52,018 nucleotides of DNA from a virus (IMGVR_UViG_3300019874_000007:1-52018); one strand, 5' to 3'. Positions 8,913 to 17,791 are shown, counted from the stretch's first letter. Translations and numbers: made by a program. Notes: generated from the sequence alone by a model not told the origin.

Positions 8913-9613
8913 TTGCTACCGAGCACGCCGAGTCCGCCGGCTTCTTCAGCTGCGAGTTCGGCATCGACATCGAAGCTTCCGGCCTTCACTCGCTCGAGAG
9001 ACTTTTGCATGCTGAGCGTGTCGAAGTCTTCCAAGATCTGCTCGGTCTCGGAGTGACGCGGCATCCGCATGCTGCAGGCGTAGATCGCCGCGTCCCCGAC
9101 TGAGTAGTACTCGCCCGTCTCGGAGCGCTGCGCCGTGCACGAGCGCGTGAGGTAGCGGCGCTCGCGGTCAGCGGAGATGTCGGTCTGCATGCGGAGGTAG
9201 TGGGTGCAGATCGGACGGATGGGCTCGACGAGGATGACCGTTCTCCCTTCGACTTTGCTCGATGAACCCAATACACCCATGTCCCCCAACCTCGGGAAAT
9301 TCATGTCTGGCCTCTGCGCCCTCAGTACCTCGATGGTCGTGAAATATTTCCCATTGGGCAGGCGCTGCACCTCGCTCGGCTCGAAGCTCACCCACACCGA
9401 CCCATCGGAATTGCGGATCACGAAGGACCGCCGGTCCTCCATGCACACGAGCGTGTCGACCGCCAGCGGAGGCGGCCGGTCCTGATTGTCCGGCATCGCC
9501 GGTACCGGGAGCCCGTCGGTCGGACTGATCCCGAAGGTCACCGGCACCTCCGACCCCTGATGGATCTCCTCATCCGCTCGCGGGGCCGTGAACTTGCTAA
9601 AGGCGTCGGTCAT
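8909..9613 (-). CDS. Hypothetical protein with Cys residues
   Basis: 234 aa, coupled to both neighbours by 4-nt overlaps. Confidence 0.7.
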   Translation of the reverse strand: MTDAFSKFTAPRADEEIHQGSEVPVTFGISPTDGLPVPAMPDNQDRPPPLAVDTLVCMEDRRSFVIRNSDGSVWVSFEPSEVQRLPNGKYFTTIEVLRAQRPDMNFPRLGDMGVLGSSSKVEGRTVILVEPIRPICTHYLRMQTDISADRERRYLTRSCTAQRSETGEYYSVGDAAIYACSMRMPRHSETEQILEDFDTLSMQKSLERVKAGSFDVDAELAAEEAGGLGVLGSK

Positions 9614-10179
9614 TTTTGTTCCTGGTCGGACATTGTTTGGCCTTGACTGGGACGAGGCGCCACTAAATTGCCCCCGGTGCGCTGAAGAACTGGCTCGATG
9701 TGCCGATCCCGGTACAGTTCTTGCGTCTCTCGGACCACGTTTGGTAGTATCACTGGGATACCCGCATCTTTGAGCTTTCGCTCTAGGTAGCCGATCGAGT
9801 CCATCATCACCGCCTGCGCATTGCCGTGAGCGATCGACTGCTCATCGTACAGGCGGTTCCAGGTGTCGCGCTCTTTTAAGATGCCTTCGATGGAATCTCG
9901 GTATTCCGTCGCGCGACGTTCCCAGTCTTGGGCTGCGAAGCGCGCCTGGTTGAGCTCTTCGGCAACAGCTTTCTTCGCCTGGCGCTCGAACTCGCCTCGC
10001 GAGTCGTTTGATGTCTTGAGGGCGTCGGTCAGCTCGGTGGCGAGATCGTCGAGATCGGCTGCCCGCTTACGCGCGAGCACGATCTCCGCTTGAAGCGGCT
10101 TACGGCTGATCCAAAAGGTCACCGGGATCCCCGCAAAAACGAGGATGCTGAGTATCGTCAGGGCTGCGAATTGAATCAT
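9610..10179 (-). CDS. N-terminally membrane-anchored coiled-coil protein
   Basis: MIQFAALTILSILVFAGIPVTFWI followed by heptad-rich helix. Confidence 0.7.
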   Translation of the reverse strand: MIQFAALTILSILVFAGIPVTFWISRKPLQAEIVLARKRAADLDDLATELTDALKTSNDSRGEFERQAKKAVAEELNQARFAAQDWERRATEYRDSIEGILKERDTWNRLYDEQSIAHGNAQAVMMDSIGYLERKLKDAGIPVILPNVVRETQELYRDRHIEPVLQRTGGNLVAPRPSQGQTMSDQEQK

Positions 10180-10195
10180 CGTCGAGACTTTCCTA

Positions 10196-10211
10196 TGTGG
10201 CACGTGAAACA
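10196..10211. promoter_or_regulatory. parS-like site
   Basis: TGTGGCACGTGAAACA versus consensus TGTTNCACGTGAAACA (15/16), in an AT-richer intergenic gap. Confidence 0.5.
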
Positions 10212-10238
10212 ATCAAAATGTTCAGTGTGTTTTGTCGG

Positions 10239-10490
10239 CTAATCCAGCCCCTGACCCGCCAGCGCCTTGCTCTCTTGTCGCAAGATCCCGTGGCAGCGCT
10301 CTTCCATGCCTTCGGCCTCATGCCAGGCCAGAGGGATCACGATGGCGACCGCGTTCTGCCCCTCGAACCGCGCTACCGTAAAGGGTGGCATCATGTCGGG
10401 GTCTTCCGTGCCAACCATGATCACATCGCAACCGGTCTCGAGCGCGGCGCGCGCGGCCTGTCGGAATGAGGCCTCCTCGTCGGCCGTCAC
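10239..10490 (-). CDS. Hypothetical protein
   Basis: 83 aa, GTGA overlap with upstream gene. Confidence 0.6.
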   Translation of the reverse strand: MTADEEASFRQAARAALETGCDVIMVGTEDPDMMPPFTVARFEGQNAVAIVIPLAWHEAEGMEERCHGILRQESKALAGQGLD

Positions 10491-11032
10491 AGCGCCCTCC
10501 CCTCTCGGCGAGCCCGCAGGCCACCCGCGAGGCTGACGGCGACCGCGAGCACGATCTTCCGGTCGTCCGTGTCGAGCGGCTCGTCAATGGTGCGGTTGGC
10601 GACCCGAAACCAGCTCTCGCGCGGGGTCGGCTCGAGGAGCGCCTGCATTTGCGCCTCATTCATATCCTCGGAAGGAGTCCCAAATTGTCCCGCGAGCGCG
10701 CGAAGCATCACCCGTACGGCCATGACGTGCTCCGGCGGCTCCTTTGGGTTGCACGCCGGGCCGATGACGAGCAGGCCGCGGGGGCGCGCGATGCAATGCC
10801 CGACCGGGACTAGGGCTCGTTCCAGCACCACTTCCATGATCAGGTGATGGACATACGCCTTTTTGCCGAGTTCTACTAGACCCTTGAGAAACCCCATCTC
10901 GTCATCGCGCCCGGGAAGCTTCGGCCCGAGCAGCACATCCTTGTCGATGACGGTCGGGCGCACGCTCGGGCGGATCTCGAGCACTGAATAGGTCAGCGCC
11001 TTCAGCCCGGGGGCGACACCGATGACGATCAT
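10487..11032 (-). CDS. RuvC-like RNase H fold protein, catalytic residues apparently lost
   Basis: MIVIGVAPGL aligns with RuvC GIDPG; size and C-terminal LAVAV helix fit RuvC. Confidence 0.6.
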   Translation of the reverse strand: MIVIGVAPGLKALTYSVLEIRPSVRPTVIDKDVLLGPKLPGRDDEMGFLKGLVELGKKAYVHHLIMEVVLERALVPVGHCIARPRGLLVIGPACNPKEPPEHVMAVRVMLRALAGQFGTPSEDMNEAQMQALLEPTPRESWFRVANRTIDEPLDTDDRKIVLAVAVSLAGGLRARREGRAL

Positions 11033-11069
11033 TCCAGGCGCAGGCTCGCGCGGGTCATTCTGGTCGAGA

Positions 11070-11099
11070 AGCGTAGCCTCCTCGCCCCAGGGGCGTCAA
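11070..11099 (-). promoter_or_regulatory. Putative sigma70-type promoter
   Basis: TTGACG-N18-TACGCT upstream of the RuvC-like operon. Confidence 0.5.
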
Positions 11100-11114
11100 C
11101 CGTGCAGTGGCGAT

Positions 11115-11312
11115 TCAGGCCGGACCGTGAGGCAAGATCTGGTCAACGAGATCCGCCGAGATGGCATCGTCATCGTACAGACCCAGACATTCCCGGATGC
11201 GCTCACGGGCTTGCGGTAAGCTCTTGCCCTGCGTATGGCAGCCTGGGACAGCCGGAATCGACGCGAACCACCAACCATCACGATCGAGCTCGTAATTGAC
11301 TAGATACGCCAT
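11115..11312 (-). CDS. hicB: HicB-family antitoxin-like protein (solo, no DNA-binding tail)
   Basis: DGWWFASIPAVPGCHTQGKSLPQARERIRECL matches the HicB N-terminal domain. Confidence 0.85.
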   Translation of the reverse strand: MAYLVNYELDRDGWWFASIPAVPGCHTQGKSLPQARERIRECLGLYDDDAISADLVDQILPHGPA

Positions 11313-11315
11313 GAA

Positions 11316-11573
11316 TCACGCCGCCCGTGCACTTTTCGTGCACACCGATCCCACAAACCGCAGCCATCCCGCCAGGCGCTCATCCCGAATGCACCCCTCG
11401 CAGTAGTCGTGCTCACAGCCGCACAGCGCCGTGACGGGCTTGAGCGCCCCCGACGGGTGCGGAACCAAGCAGCGGTAGCAGCGCGCGAGCTCGGGGGCGA
11501 AGCGGGGATCCATCCATTCAGTCTGGCCGCGACGGCGGCGCCCCGCAAGCGGGTCCCGGCCAGACAATGTCAC
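11316..11573 (-). CDS. Small Zn-finger protein
   Basis: CYRC...CGCEHDYCEGC; start GTG 11573 or ATG 11513. Confidence 0.55.
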   Translation of the reverse strand: MTLSGRDPLAGRRRRGQTEWMDPRFAPELARCYRCLVPHPSGALKPVTALCGCEHDYCEGCIRDERLAGWLRFVGSVCTKSARAA

Positions 11574-11884
11574 TCGTTCACGGCGCGGGCCGGGCAGGCG
11601 TCCGCGGCCTCGCACGTCTTGACGTGCGCTTGGCAGAGCGGGTTCTCGGTGGCGTAGCCCGATGCTTCCGTGTTTTCACAGACCGCTTCGCAGGACGCAC
11701 CCTTCGGGGTGGGCTCGCCCGAGACGCAATGAAGGCGGCGGAGGTTTTCGCACATCGCTCGGCAGTCATCGGGAGTGCCCGCGCTGATCGGCGCGTTGTG
11801 TGTGACGGCAGGCGGGGGCCATGGCGCTGCGGGCGAGCAGCTCGCTCCGAGCATCAAAAATACAAACAGGATTTTCTGGATCAT
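11570..11884 (-). CDS. Cys-rich lipoprotein
   Basis: Signal peptide with lipobox-like LGASC; repeated C-x3-C-E-N. Confidence 0.7.
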   Translation of the reverse strand: MIQKILFVFLMLGASCSPAAPWPPPAVTHNAPISAGTPDDCRAMCENLRRLHCVSGEPTPKGASCEAVCENTEASGYATENPLCQAHVKTCEAADACPARAVNE

Positions 11885-12657
11885 CGAGAGGGTCCTACGT
11901 CGAAGGCAACGAAGCCGAGGCTTGCGCGCGTGTACTCTTCGGTGAATCGACAGCGGCCATCGCTACGCCAGCTTCGATCGTAGTGATTCAGGAGGCCGAA
12001 GCTGCCGTCAGGAGCAAAGTCCTCGATCACCATCGCGTGGTTCCCGACGATGTCTCGGTCGGGCTTGTCGATGAGCTCGGGTCCTGAGTCGATCTGGAAC
12101 ATCTTGTCCACGGCCCACGCGCCGATGACCGGGATCTTCTTGTCGATGGCGCGCCGCACGCCATCGATGTCACCCGAATTGATGCGGTAGTAGTTGCGGA
12201 CGCCGCGCCTGTCGTAACCATCGTGGAGCGCCGTGCCCGAAACGCGAGCGTTGACGCGCATCAGGTTGAATGGCCACGCCTCCTCGGACGCAAACCCGAA
12301 GCGCGTCACGGCCGTCAGGAGCCCTTCGAAGCTCAGGCCCGCGTCCGTGTCTTCGAGGCCCATGCCCATGGCAGCGCGCCCCAGCTTGTACGGGAAGAGA
12401 CCGGACAAGTCGGGACAGGGGATGCCGCGCGCAAGGCAGGCGAGGCGGAAGGCTTGCGCGCCCGACATGCCGAGGCACGAGTCGGTCGCGCTCTGCCACT
12501 TGGGGCCGACGAGCGCGCTCCGCACCGTCCCCGAGGACGGCAGCACCGAGGATGACCCAATGAGCATCGACAGGGGCTGGGTCGATGCAGGCAGCGGCGA
12601 GTGGATGAAGCCGGTGCCGCGCTTGCCCTGCGCGGCGTTGAAGAGCGCGCGGATCAT
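11881..12657 (-). CDS. Papain-like (C1) cysteine peptidase
   Basis: WQSATDSCLG (Gln/Cys), GNHAMVI (His), LNHY..W (Asn); start MIRAL via ATGA overlap. Confidence 0.8.
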   Translation of the reverse strand: MIRALFNAAQGKRGTGFIHSPLPASTQPLSMLIGSSSVLPSSGTVRSALVGPKWQSATDSCLGMSGAQAFRLACLARGIPCPDLSGLFPYKLGRAAMGMGLEDTDAGLSFEGLLTAVTRFGFASEEAWPFNLMRVNARVSGTALHDGYDRRGVRNYYRINSGDIDGVRRAIDKKIPVIGAWAVDKMFQIDSGPELIDKPDRDIVGNHAMVIEDFAPDGSFGLLNHYDRSWRSDGRCRFTEEYTRASLGFVAFDVGPSR

Positions 12658-13070
12658 GGACCCTTCCATCCGTGAGCGCGCAGGATGCCTTCGGTGTCGG
12701 GGGGCTCCCAGCCCTCGGGCTTCAAGATCTTGCCGTCGGGGCGACGGATCACCTTGAGTGTGCCGTCGGGCTGCTCCACCGCCTTTTGCATGTTGCTCAG
12801 CTGCACCGCATCCCATTCAGCCTCGATCGGGATACCGAATTCGTGCGCCGCTCCGATGAACACGTAGATGCCGTCCACGATGCCATTGGAGGTGCCGACC
12901 ATGTCGCGTCGGGCGATGGCTGTCAGGAGTTCCTTCACGACCTCTTCGACGATGAGGGAGACGCGGAGATCGATGCGCTCGTCAGCCGGCCACTCCGGCA
13001 CGAGCAGCACAGGCGTGTCAGTGACGCGATGGAAGTCTCCTACGTCGTCGACTGCTGATTTGATTGTCAC
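12654..13070 (-). CDS. All-alpha NTP pyrophosphohydrolase (PRA-PH/MazG-like)
   Basis: VGDFH, LIVEEVVKEL, IVDGIYV, SNMQK, RPDGKILKPEGWEPPD. Confidence 0.85.
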   Translation of the reverse strand: MTIKSAVDDVGDFHRVTDTPVLLVPEWPADERIDLRVSLIVEEVVKELLTAIARRDMVGTSNGIVDGIYVFIGAAHEFGIPIEAEWDAVQLSNMQKAVEQPDGTLKVIRRPDGKILKPEGWEPPDTEGILRAHGWKGP

Positions 13071-13366
13071 GGCTTCACCATCCATCCCACCAGGAATGTA
13101 AGCCAGGGGGCCGCCATGTCACCAATGACAGTCGCGATCACTTCTAACGTTTCTGGCTTCTTTTTATCGGGGTCAATTCCCTCGGGCTTACTTGGTCGAA
13201 TCAACTGAGCGGCAAGAATCACCGCCGCGAATCCCTTCCACGAAAGAGTCCCGTAGCCGAGCGGTACGGCGTTCCACTCCCAAAGCTTGGACAGGATGTA
13301 GCCGCCTGAGAAGGCGTAGTACATGCCAAGCGCTACTCCTAGTATCGCAAAAAATACGATCCGCAT
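13067..13366 (-). CDS. Small membrane protein
   Basis: MRIVFFAILG...LSKLWEW; several hydrophobic segments. Confidence 0.65.
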   Translation of the reverse strand: MRIVFFAILGVALGMYYAFSGGYILSKLWEWNAVPLGYGTLSWKGFAAVILAAQLIRPSKPEGIDPDKKKPETLEVIATVIGDMAAPWLTFLVGWMVKP

Positions 13367-13376
13367 TTTCTTCCTT

Positions 13377-14849
13377 TCAGTTGTCGGGTTGCCAGTGATC
13401 GCCCGCCTGGGGATCGTCGCCAAAGTCCCTGAACTCTTCATACCCACGAGCGAGCGGTTTGTACGTCATGGTCGGGCCGTCAAAGGCGACTAGTACGGTG
13501 CAGGTCGGGCCGTTGCGCTGCTTGCCGATGATGATCTCGCCCTCGTTGTTCGCTTCCTTGTCGTAGTAACCCTCGCGGTAGATGAACAGGATGTTGTCGG
13601 CATCCTGTTCCGCGGCCCCTGATTCCCTGAGATCTGAGAGTTGCGGGCGCTTGCCCTTCGCGCCGGTGCGTCTCTCCACGTCGCGGTTGAGCTGAGCCAG
13701 CGCGAGCACGGGCACCTTCTCGGTCTTGGCGGTGTTCTTCAAGCCGTAGGTGAGGGACGCGATCTCACGCTCGCGCCCTTGGCCTTGCTCGCCTTTCATG
13801 AGCTGTAAGTAGTCCACCGCGGCGAGCACGAGTTCCTTGGCCTTCACGCGGCCCTGCTCGATCTCACGCTTGATCTTCCGAATGTTGGATCGGAATTCCG
13901 CGACCGTCACCGCGGGCTTATCGTCGACGAAGATCGCGCGCCTGGCCAAGTCAGCGACGGCTGCAAAGAGCCTGTCCCAGTCCGTGCGCACGAGCTGGTT
14001 GAGCCGCAGCTTCTTGAATTCAACGCTCGCCAGCGAGCACACCATGCGAAGAGCGATGTCTTCACGGGGCATCTCACACGAATGAAAATACACCGCGTCC
14101 GGCAGCTCCCCCGATCCGTCGCGTGGCGGCGTCGTCATGTTGAGGATCATGCTGGAAGCCATCGCCGATTTCCCGACGCCCGGGCGCGCAGCCAAGATCG
14201 TGAGCTCGCCCGGATGCCAGCCCGTCGTCTGCTTGTCGAGATCGGCAAAACCCGTCGTGTTGCCGAGGAGCGATTTTCCGTCGCGGAGCGCGTCGGCGAG
14301 CGCTGTCAGTGCTCGACCAGCGATCTGCCCCGCGCCCTCGTAGCTCGACTCGCGGTTCGAGTGGGCGAGCTCCCAGACTTGGGTCTCCAGGCTCTCGATG
14401 AGCGACTGAGTGGGCGTGCCGTTCGGGTGGTAGAGGGAAGCAACGGCCACTTGGGCAACGGCGATCGTCTGCCGCGCGCGCCAGTGCATGATGAGTGTGC
14501 GGCAGTGCTGCTCGAGGCGCTCACCCACGAAGGGCGCGTCGGCGAGTTGCGCAAGATAGGGAGAGCCACCGATCTGATCGAGGCGATGGTGGAGCCGCAA
14601 GTCGCCCGCCACGGCGATGATGTCGATCGACTCGTGCCCCTCGTCGAGATTGATGATCGATTCCCAGATGCGACGATTGGCATCGGAAAGAAAATGTCCC
14701 GCATCGAGCCCGACCGTTCGGCAGCGATCGAGCGCCCCCGGCTCCATGAGCACGGCGCACAGGATGGCTCCCTCCGCATCCAGATCACACGGCGGCACGC
14801 GCCCCGGAACGAGCTTCGTCGGGTCGGGCAGGTTATTGGCGTCTGTCAC
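13377..14849 (-). CDS. dnaB: Replicative DNA helicase DnaB
   Basis: VPPCDLDAE N-terminus; AARPGVGKS Walker A; VDYLQLM; LAQLNR; LSDLRESGAAEQDAD; KQRNGP. Confidence 0.97.
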   Translation of the reverse strand: MTDANNLPDPTKLVPGRVPPCDLDAEGAILCAVLMEPGALDRCRTVGLDAGHFLSDANRRIWESIINLDEGHESIDIIAVAGDLRLHHRLDQIGGSPYLAQLADAPFVGERLEQHCRTLIMHWRARQTIAVAQVAVASLYHPNGTPTQSLIESLETQVWELAHSNRESSYEGAGQIAGRALTALADALRDGKSLLGNTTGFADLDKQTTGWHPGELTILAARPGVGKSAMASSMILNMTTPPRDGSGELPDAVYFHSCEMPREDIALRMVCSLASVEFKKLRLNQLVRTDWDRLFAAVADLARRAIFVDDKPAVTVAEFRSNIRKIKREIEQGRVKAKELVLAAVDYLQLMKGEQGQGREREIASLTYGLKNTAKTEKVPVLALAQLNRDVERRTGAKGKRPQLSDLRESGAAEQDADNILFIYREGYYDKEANNEGEIIIGKQRNGPTCTVLVAFDGPTMTYKPLARGYEEFRDFGDDPQAGDHWQPDN

Positions 14850-15289
14850 GGTTTCTGAAGCTCGCGTTGAAAGTGCTCACACAAGATGCGGTCGACGATG
14901 TCTTCCACGCTGCCGCCGAAGATCCCGAGCTTCACGCGTTCTTTGATCAAGACCAAGAGCTCTGTCCTCACTCGCACGGGTGCTCCGGAAAAGCTACCAA
15001 GACCGAGCACCTGTTGCACGAGCAGGTCGACCGCCATGGCGAAGTTCTTGTCGCGAAGCGACCGGGCGGCCATGCGCTGGCAGGCATTCATGATGGTCGT
15101 GTGGTCGCGCCCGAAATCTTCCCCGATCTGCGGGTACGAAAAATCCCCGGCGAGACGACTCACGTAGATGGCCGTGTGCCGCGCCACGATGACCGACTGG
15201 TGGCGGTCGTCGCTCAAGATCGAAGCCCGGCTGGTGCCGCAGTAGCGGGCCACGACATCGATCGTCGCTTGGATGAGGGGCTCGGTCAC
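14846..15289 (-). CDS. DnaA C-terminal (domain IV) HTH protein
   Basis: ARHTAIYVSR...SYPQIGEDFGRDHTTIMNA; no AAA+ domain. Confidence 0.88.
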   Translation of the reverse strand: MTEPLIQATIDVVARYCGTSRASILSDDRHQSVIVARHTAIYVSRLAGDFSYPQIGEDFGRDHTTIMNACQRMAARSLRDKNFAMAVDLLVQQVLGLGSFSGAPVRVRTELLVLIKERVKLGIFGGSVEDIVDRILCEHFQRELQKP

Positions 15290-15307
15290 TGGATACAGGG
15301 TCGATTC

Positions 15308-15685
15308 TTAGTAAGTCTTTCGCTGGAACTGCATCCGGCCTTCGACTGGAGCCAGGCCCCGGATAGTCTTGTCGCGCGCCGTTTTCGGGTGCCACTTGGC
15401 ATCCCGATCCGTATGGCGTCGCTCGACATGTCCCGCGCTCGAAAGCTTCTTCATCTGGATCTCAATCGATTTGTCGCGTTCTCGAGCATCCGGCGCAAAC
15501 GCCACCGGACGAAACCATTCGTCAGGCTTGCCAGCGAGCGGCAGCGGCACTTCACTGCCACCGAAGCGCTCCTCTTCGGTCTGCTGCCCGACGAAGTACA
15601 GCGGCTGGAGGCCGAGAGCCCCGCGCAGGGCATCCGCGAAGCAGCGACGCTCCCGTGTCTCGTCGGAGAGGCGATCGATCGTCAC
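15308..15685 (-). CDS. Hypothetical protein
   Basis: 125 aa, GTGA coupling. Confidence 0.55.
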   Translation of the reverse strand: MTIDRLSDETRERRCFADALRGALGLQPLYFVGQQTEEERFGGSEVPLPLAGKPDEWFRPVAFAPDARERDKSIEIQMKKLSSAGHVERRHTDRDAKWHPKTARDKTIRGLAPVEGRMQFQRKTY

Positions 15686-16230
15686 GTGAGCCTCACGAGC
15701 TCGGCGTCGTCCCGCTGGTAGAGCGGGTGGCAGGGGGTGCCGTTTTGGTTTTGCGCGAGGCAGTAGAGATCGACGCCGAGCGCCTCGAGCAGCGCGCGCA
15801 CTTGAGCGCCGCGCTCGCAGATGTCGCCCTCATTGCCCCAGCCACAGACGACGCGGTGGGCCGCGAGCGCTTCGCGACAGATCCGATCGTCGTTACCCGG
15901 GCCCACGAGATCGCGGCGCTTGGCAAGTGAGCGGAGCTTCTTCGATTCCGTCTCGCGGTAGGCGAAGAGGTTGACGACGGCCAAGCGTTCGTAGCCCCAG
16001 GCGCGGGCGTACTTCATCAGCTTGTCGATCGTCGGATCGGTCGTCTCGGCGGAGGCCTTGGAGGGGTTCAGGAGGATGAAGAGCACCGTGCAGCGGTCCT
16101 GGTGCTCCAGATCCCACTCCTCTCCGTCGAGCGAGCGGTACAGCACGTAGCGGTACTCACTGTCGGGATCCGGTGGGATCGCGTGCGCGATTTTCTTCAG
16201 GAACGAAAACGCTTGTTGCTGCATCGCCAT
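15682..16230 (-). CDS. DUF1643 family protein
   Basis: YRYVLYR, LLNPSKA..DPTI, VVNLFAYRET, CGWG, PCHPLY. Confidence 0.9.
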   Translation of the reverse strand: MAMQQQAFSFLKKIAHAIPPDPDSEYRYVLYRSLDGEEWDLEHQDRCTVLFILLNPSKASAETTDPTIDKLMKYARAWGYERLAVVNLFAYRETESKKLRSLAKRRDLVGPGNDDRICREALAAHRVVCGWGNEGDICERGAQVRALLEALGVDLYCLAQNQNGTPCHPLYQRDDAELVRLT

Positions 16231-16232
16231 CG

Positions 16233-16514
16233 CTAGACCTTCGGGAGAGCTCGGGCCATCTGAGCAAAGAGGGCGGCGGCGGTTTGGACTGCTGGTGGGA
16301 CACGGGGCGCGGGGCTGAGATCTGCTTTGGTCATTTTGCTGCCGGAGATGGCTTCACGCCGCACGCGAACGCGCTCGCTCTCGCGTGCATTCCGCACGTA
16401 GGCGAGGGCGCCGTTCGGGAGCACGAACACATCGCTCTCCTCCTTGGCGGCTTCGGCGTCTCGGACGCGGTCTTTTCTTCGTTGGCGGCGGATGCGGCGG
16501 GCTCGGGGGTTCAT
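16233..16514 (-). CDS. Basic hypothetical protein
   Basis: MNPRARRIRRQRRK start; fills the gap on the coding strand. Confidence 0.5.
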   Translation of the reverse strand: MNPRARRIRRQRRKDRVRDAEAAKEESDVFVLPNGALAYVRNARESERVRVRREAISGSKMTKADLSPAPRVPPAVQTAAALFAQMARALPKV

Positions 16515-16524
16515 GGGGATCCTT

Positions 16525-16773
16525 TCAGCAAAACGAGTCTCGATACCGGACCATCTCGGCCTCGAGCGCTTGCAACTCTGTCGGCAGGGCCGGGCCGTAG
16601 TAAGGCACACGCTTGCCTCCCACAACGACACCGAGCCCAGCCCATTCAACAACCGGTCCGTTACCAGAAAGATTCAGCCGAGTCCGATAGACTCGCGGGA
16701 TCGGGTCGTCTGATAGGATCCCGAGCGACGCGGCGAGCGTCGCGGTCTGCGCAGCAAACCGATCGAGGCTCAT
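16525..16773 (-). CDS. Hypothetical protein
   Basis: MSLDRFAAQ start; 82 aa. Confidence 0.5.
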   Translation of the reverse strand: MSLDRFAAQTATLAASLGILSDDPIPRVYRTRLNLSGNGPVVEWAGLGVVVGGKRVPYYGPALPTELQALEAEMVRYRDSFC

Positions 16774-16798
16774 GGTACTCCGGTCATGGTACTGACGT

Positions 16799-17755
16799 TC
16801 AGCGCTCGAAGGCGAGGATGTCGCTCTCGCCGTGGATGAGTTTCCGGGCCTGCACCCAGCCGTTGAAGTTTCCGAGGTAGTACGTCTTTTTTCCGGTCGG
16901 GATCCAGCGTGACTCAAGGGTCATCGGAACGGCGGTAAACGTCTTGCACTCAGGATTCGCGACCCACTCATCGCGCCCAAAGATCCTGCGCTCGAAGTCT
17001 GTCATCGGGCGGCACACGTGCTCGTAAGGCGCCATGTGTCCGTCACCGTAGAGCCGAGCTGAGAGTCGTACGTCGCCCTCGATCGCGCGCTGCCCATCGT
17101 GGTTCAGGTGGCTCACTCGGGCGCAACGGCCGACCCCCACGTGCACGGCTGTCTCGATTCGAGTCCCCGTAGACTCGTGCTTCGGAAGTTCCTGATCTTC
17201 TCCATCAGTCTCCACGAACGGCAGATGCCAATCATCGGCGCCGAGTAGCTTCGGGCGGTTGCCGCGAAACAGCTCGCTCATCATGCCGGCCGCCTTGGCG
17301 ATCTCCGGCTGCGCCTTCTTGTTGTCGCGCAGATGGAAGAAGTTCGACATGTCTGTCGCCGTCAGGATCACGGTGTGCCACATCCAAGCCTCCAGGATCC
17401 GGCTGGCGATCTGCTTGTGCACCCCGATGCCCATCAGCTCTTCGGCGGCCGTGATGCTTCCGCGCATCGCTCGTATCCAGACTTCGGAGGCGACCGCCAT
17501 CTCGTTCGAGGAGAGCTCCTGATCGGCCTGCATGCCCTTCTGATTCTTGCCCCAGTACACCGGCAAGAATGGGTCCGCATTGAGCCGGTCGATCTGCTTC
17601 TGCACCGGGATCGCTCGCGAGCTGGCGCTCGATTTGCTGATCATCTTGTGGGTGTTGAGCTCGGCGAGCACGATGCGGGGCAGGGTCACGACCCACGTGG
17701 TGACGCGCTCGCCGTACTGGGTGATGGAGTCTCGTTCGATGCGGGCTTCGTACAT
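16799..17755 (-). CDS. thyX: Flavin-dependent thymidylate synthase (phage ThyX-like)
   Basis: PRIVLAELNTHKMISKSSASSRAIP, HKQIASRILE, FFHLR, AQPEI, CARVS, HMAPYEH. Confidence 0.85.
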   Translation of the reverse strand: MYEARIERDSITQYGERVTTWVVTLPRIVLAELNTHKMISKSSASSRAIPVQKQIDRLNADPFLPVYWGKNQKGMQADQELSSNEMAVASEVWIRAMRGSITAAEELMGIGVHKQIASRILEAWMWHTVILTATDMSNFFHLRDNKKAQPEIAKAAGMMSELFRGNRPKLLGADDWHLPFVETDGEDQELPKHESTGTRIETAVHVGVGRCARVSHLNHDGQRAIEGDVRLSARLYGDGHMAPYEHVCRPMTDFERRIFGRDEWVANPECKTFTAVPMTLESRWIPTGKKTYYLGNFNGWVQARKLIHGESDILAFER

Positions 17756-17791
17756 AGAAAATGGGCTTTCTTTTTTTTCTGGAAATGGAGA

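Noticed and set aside
11519-11568. Nested hairpin GTCTGGCC...GGCCAGAC as a terminator or ncRNA
   Set aside because: No U-tract, and the region is probably coding from the GTG at 11573; GC-rich stems arise easily by chance.
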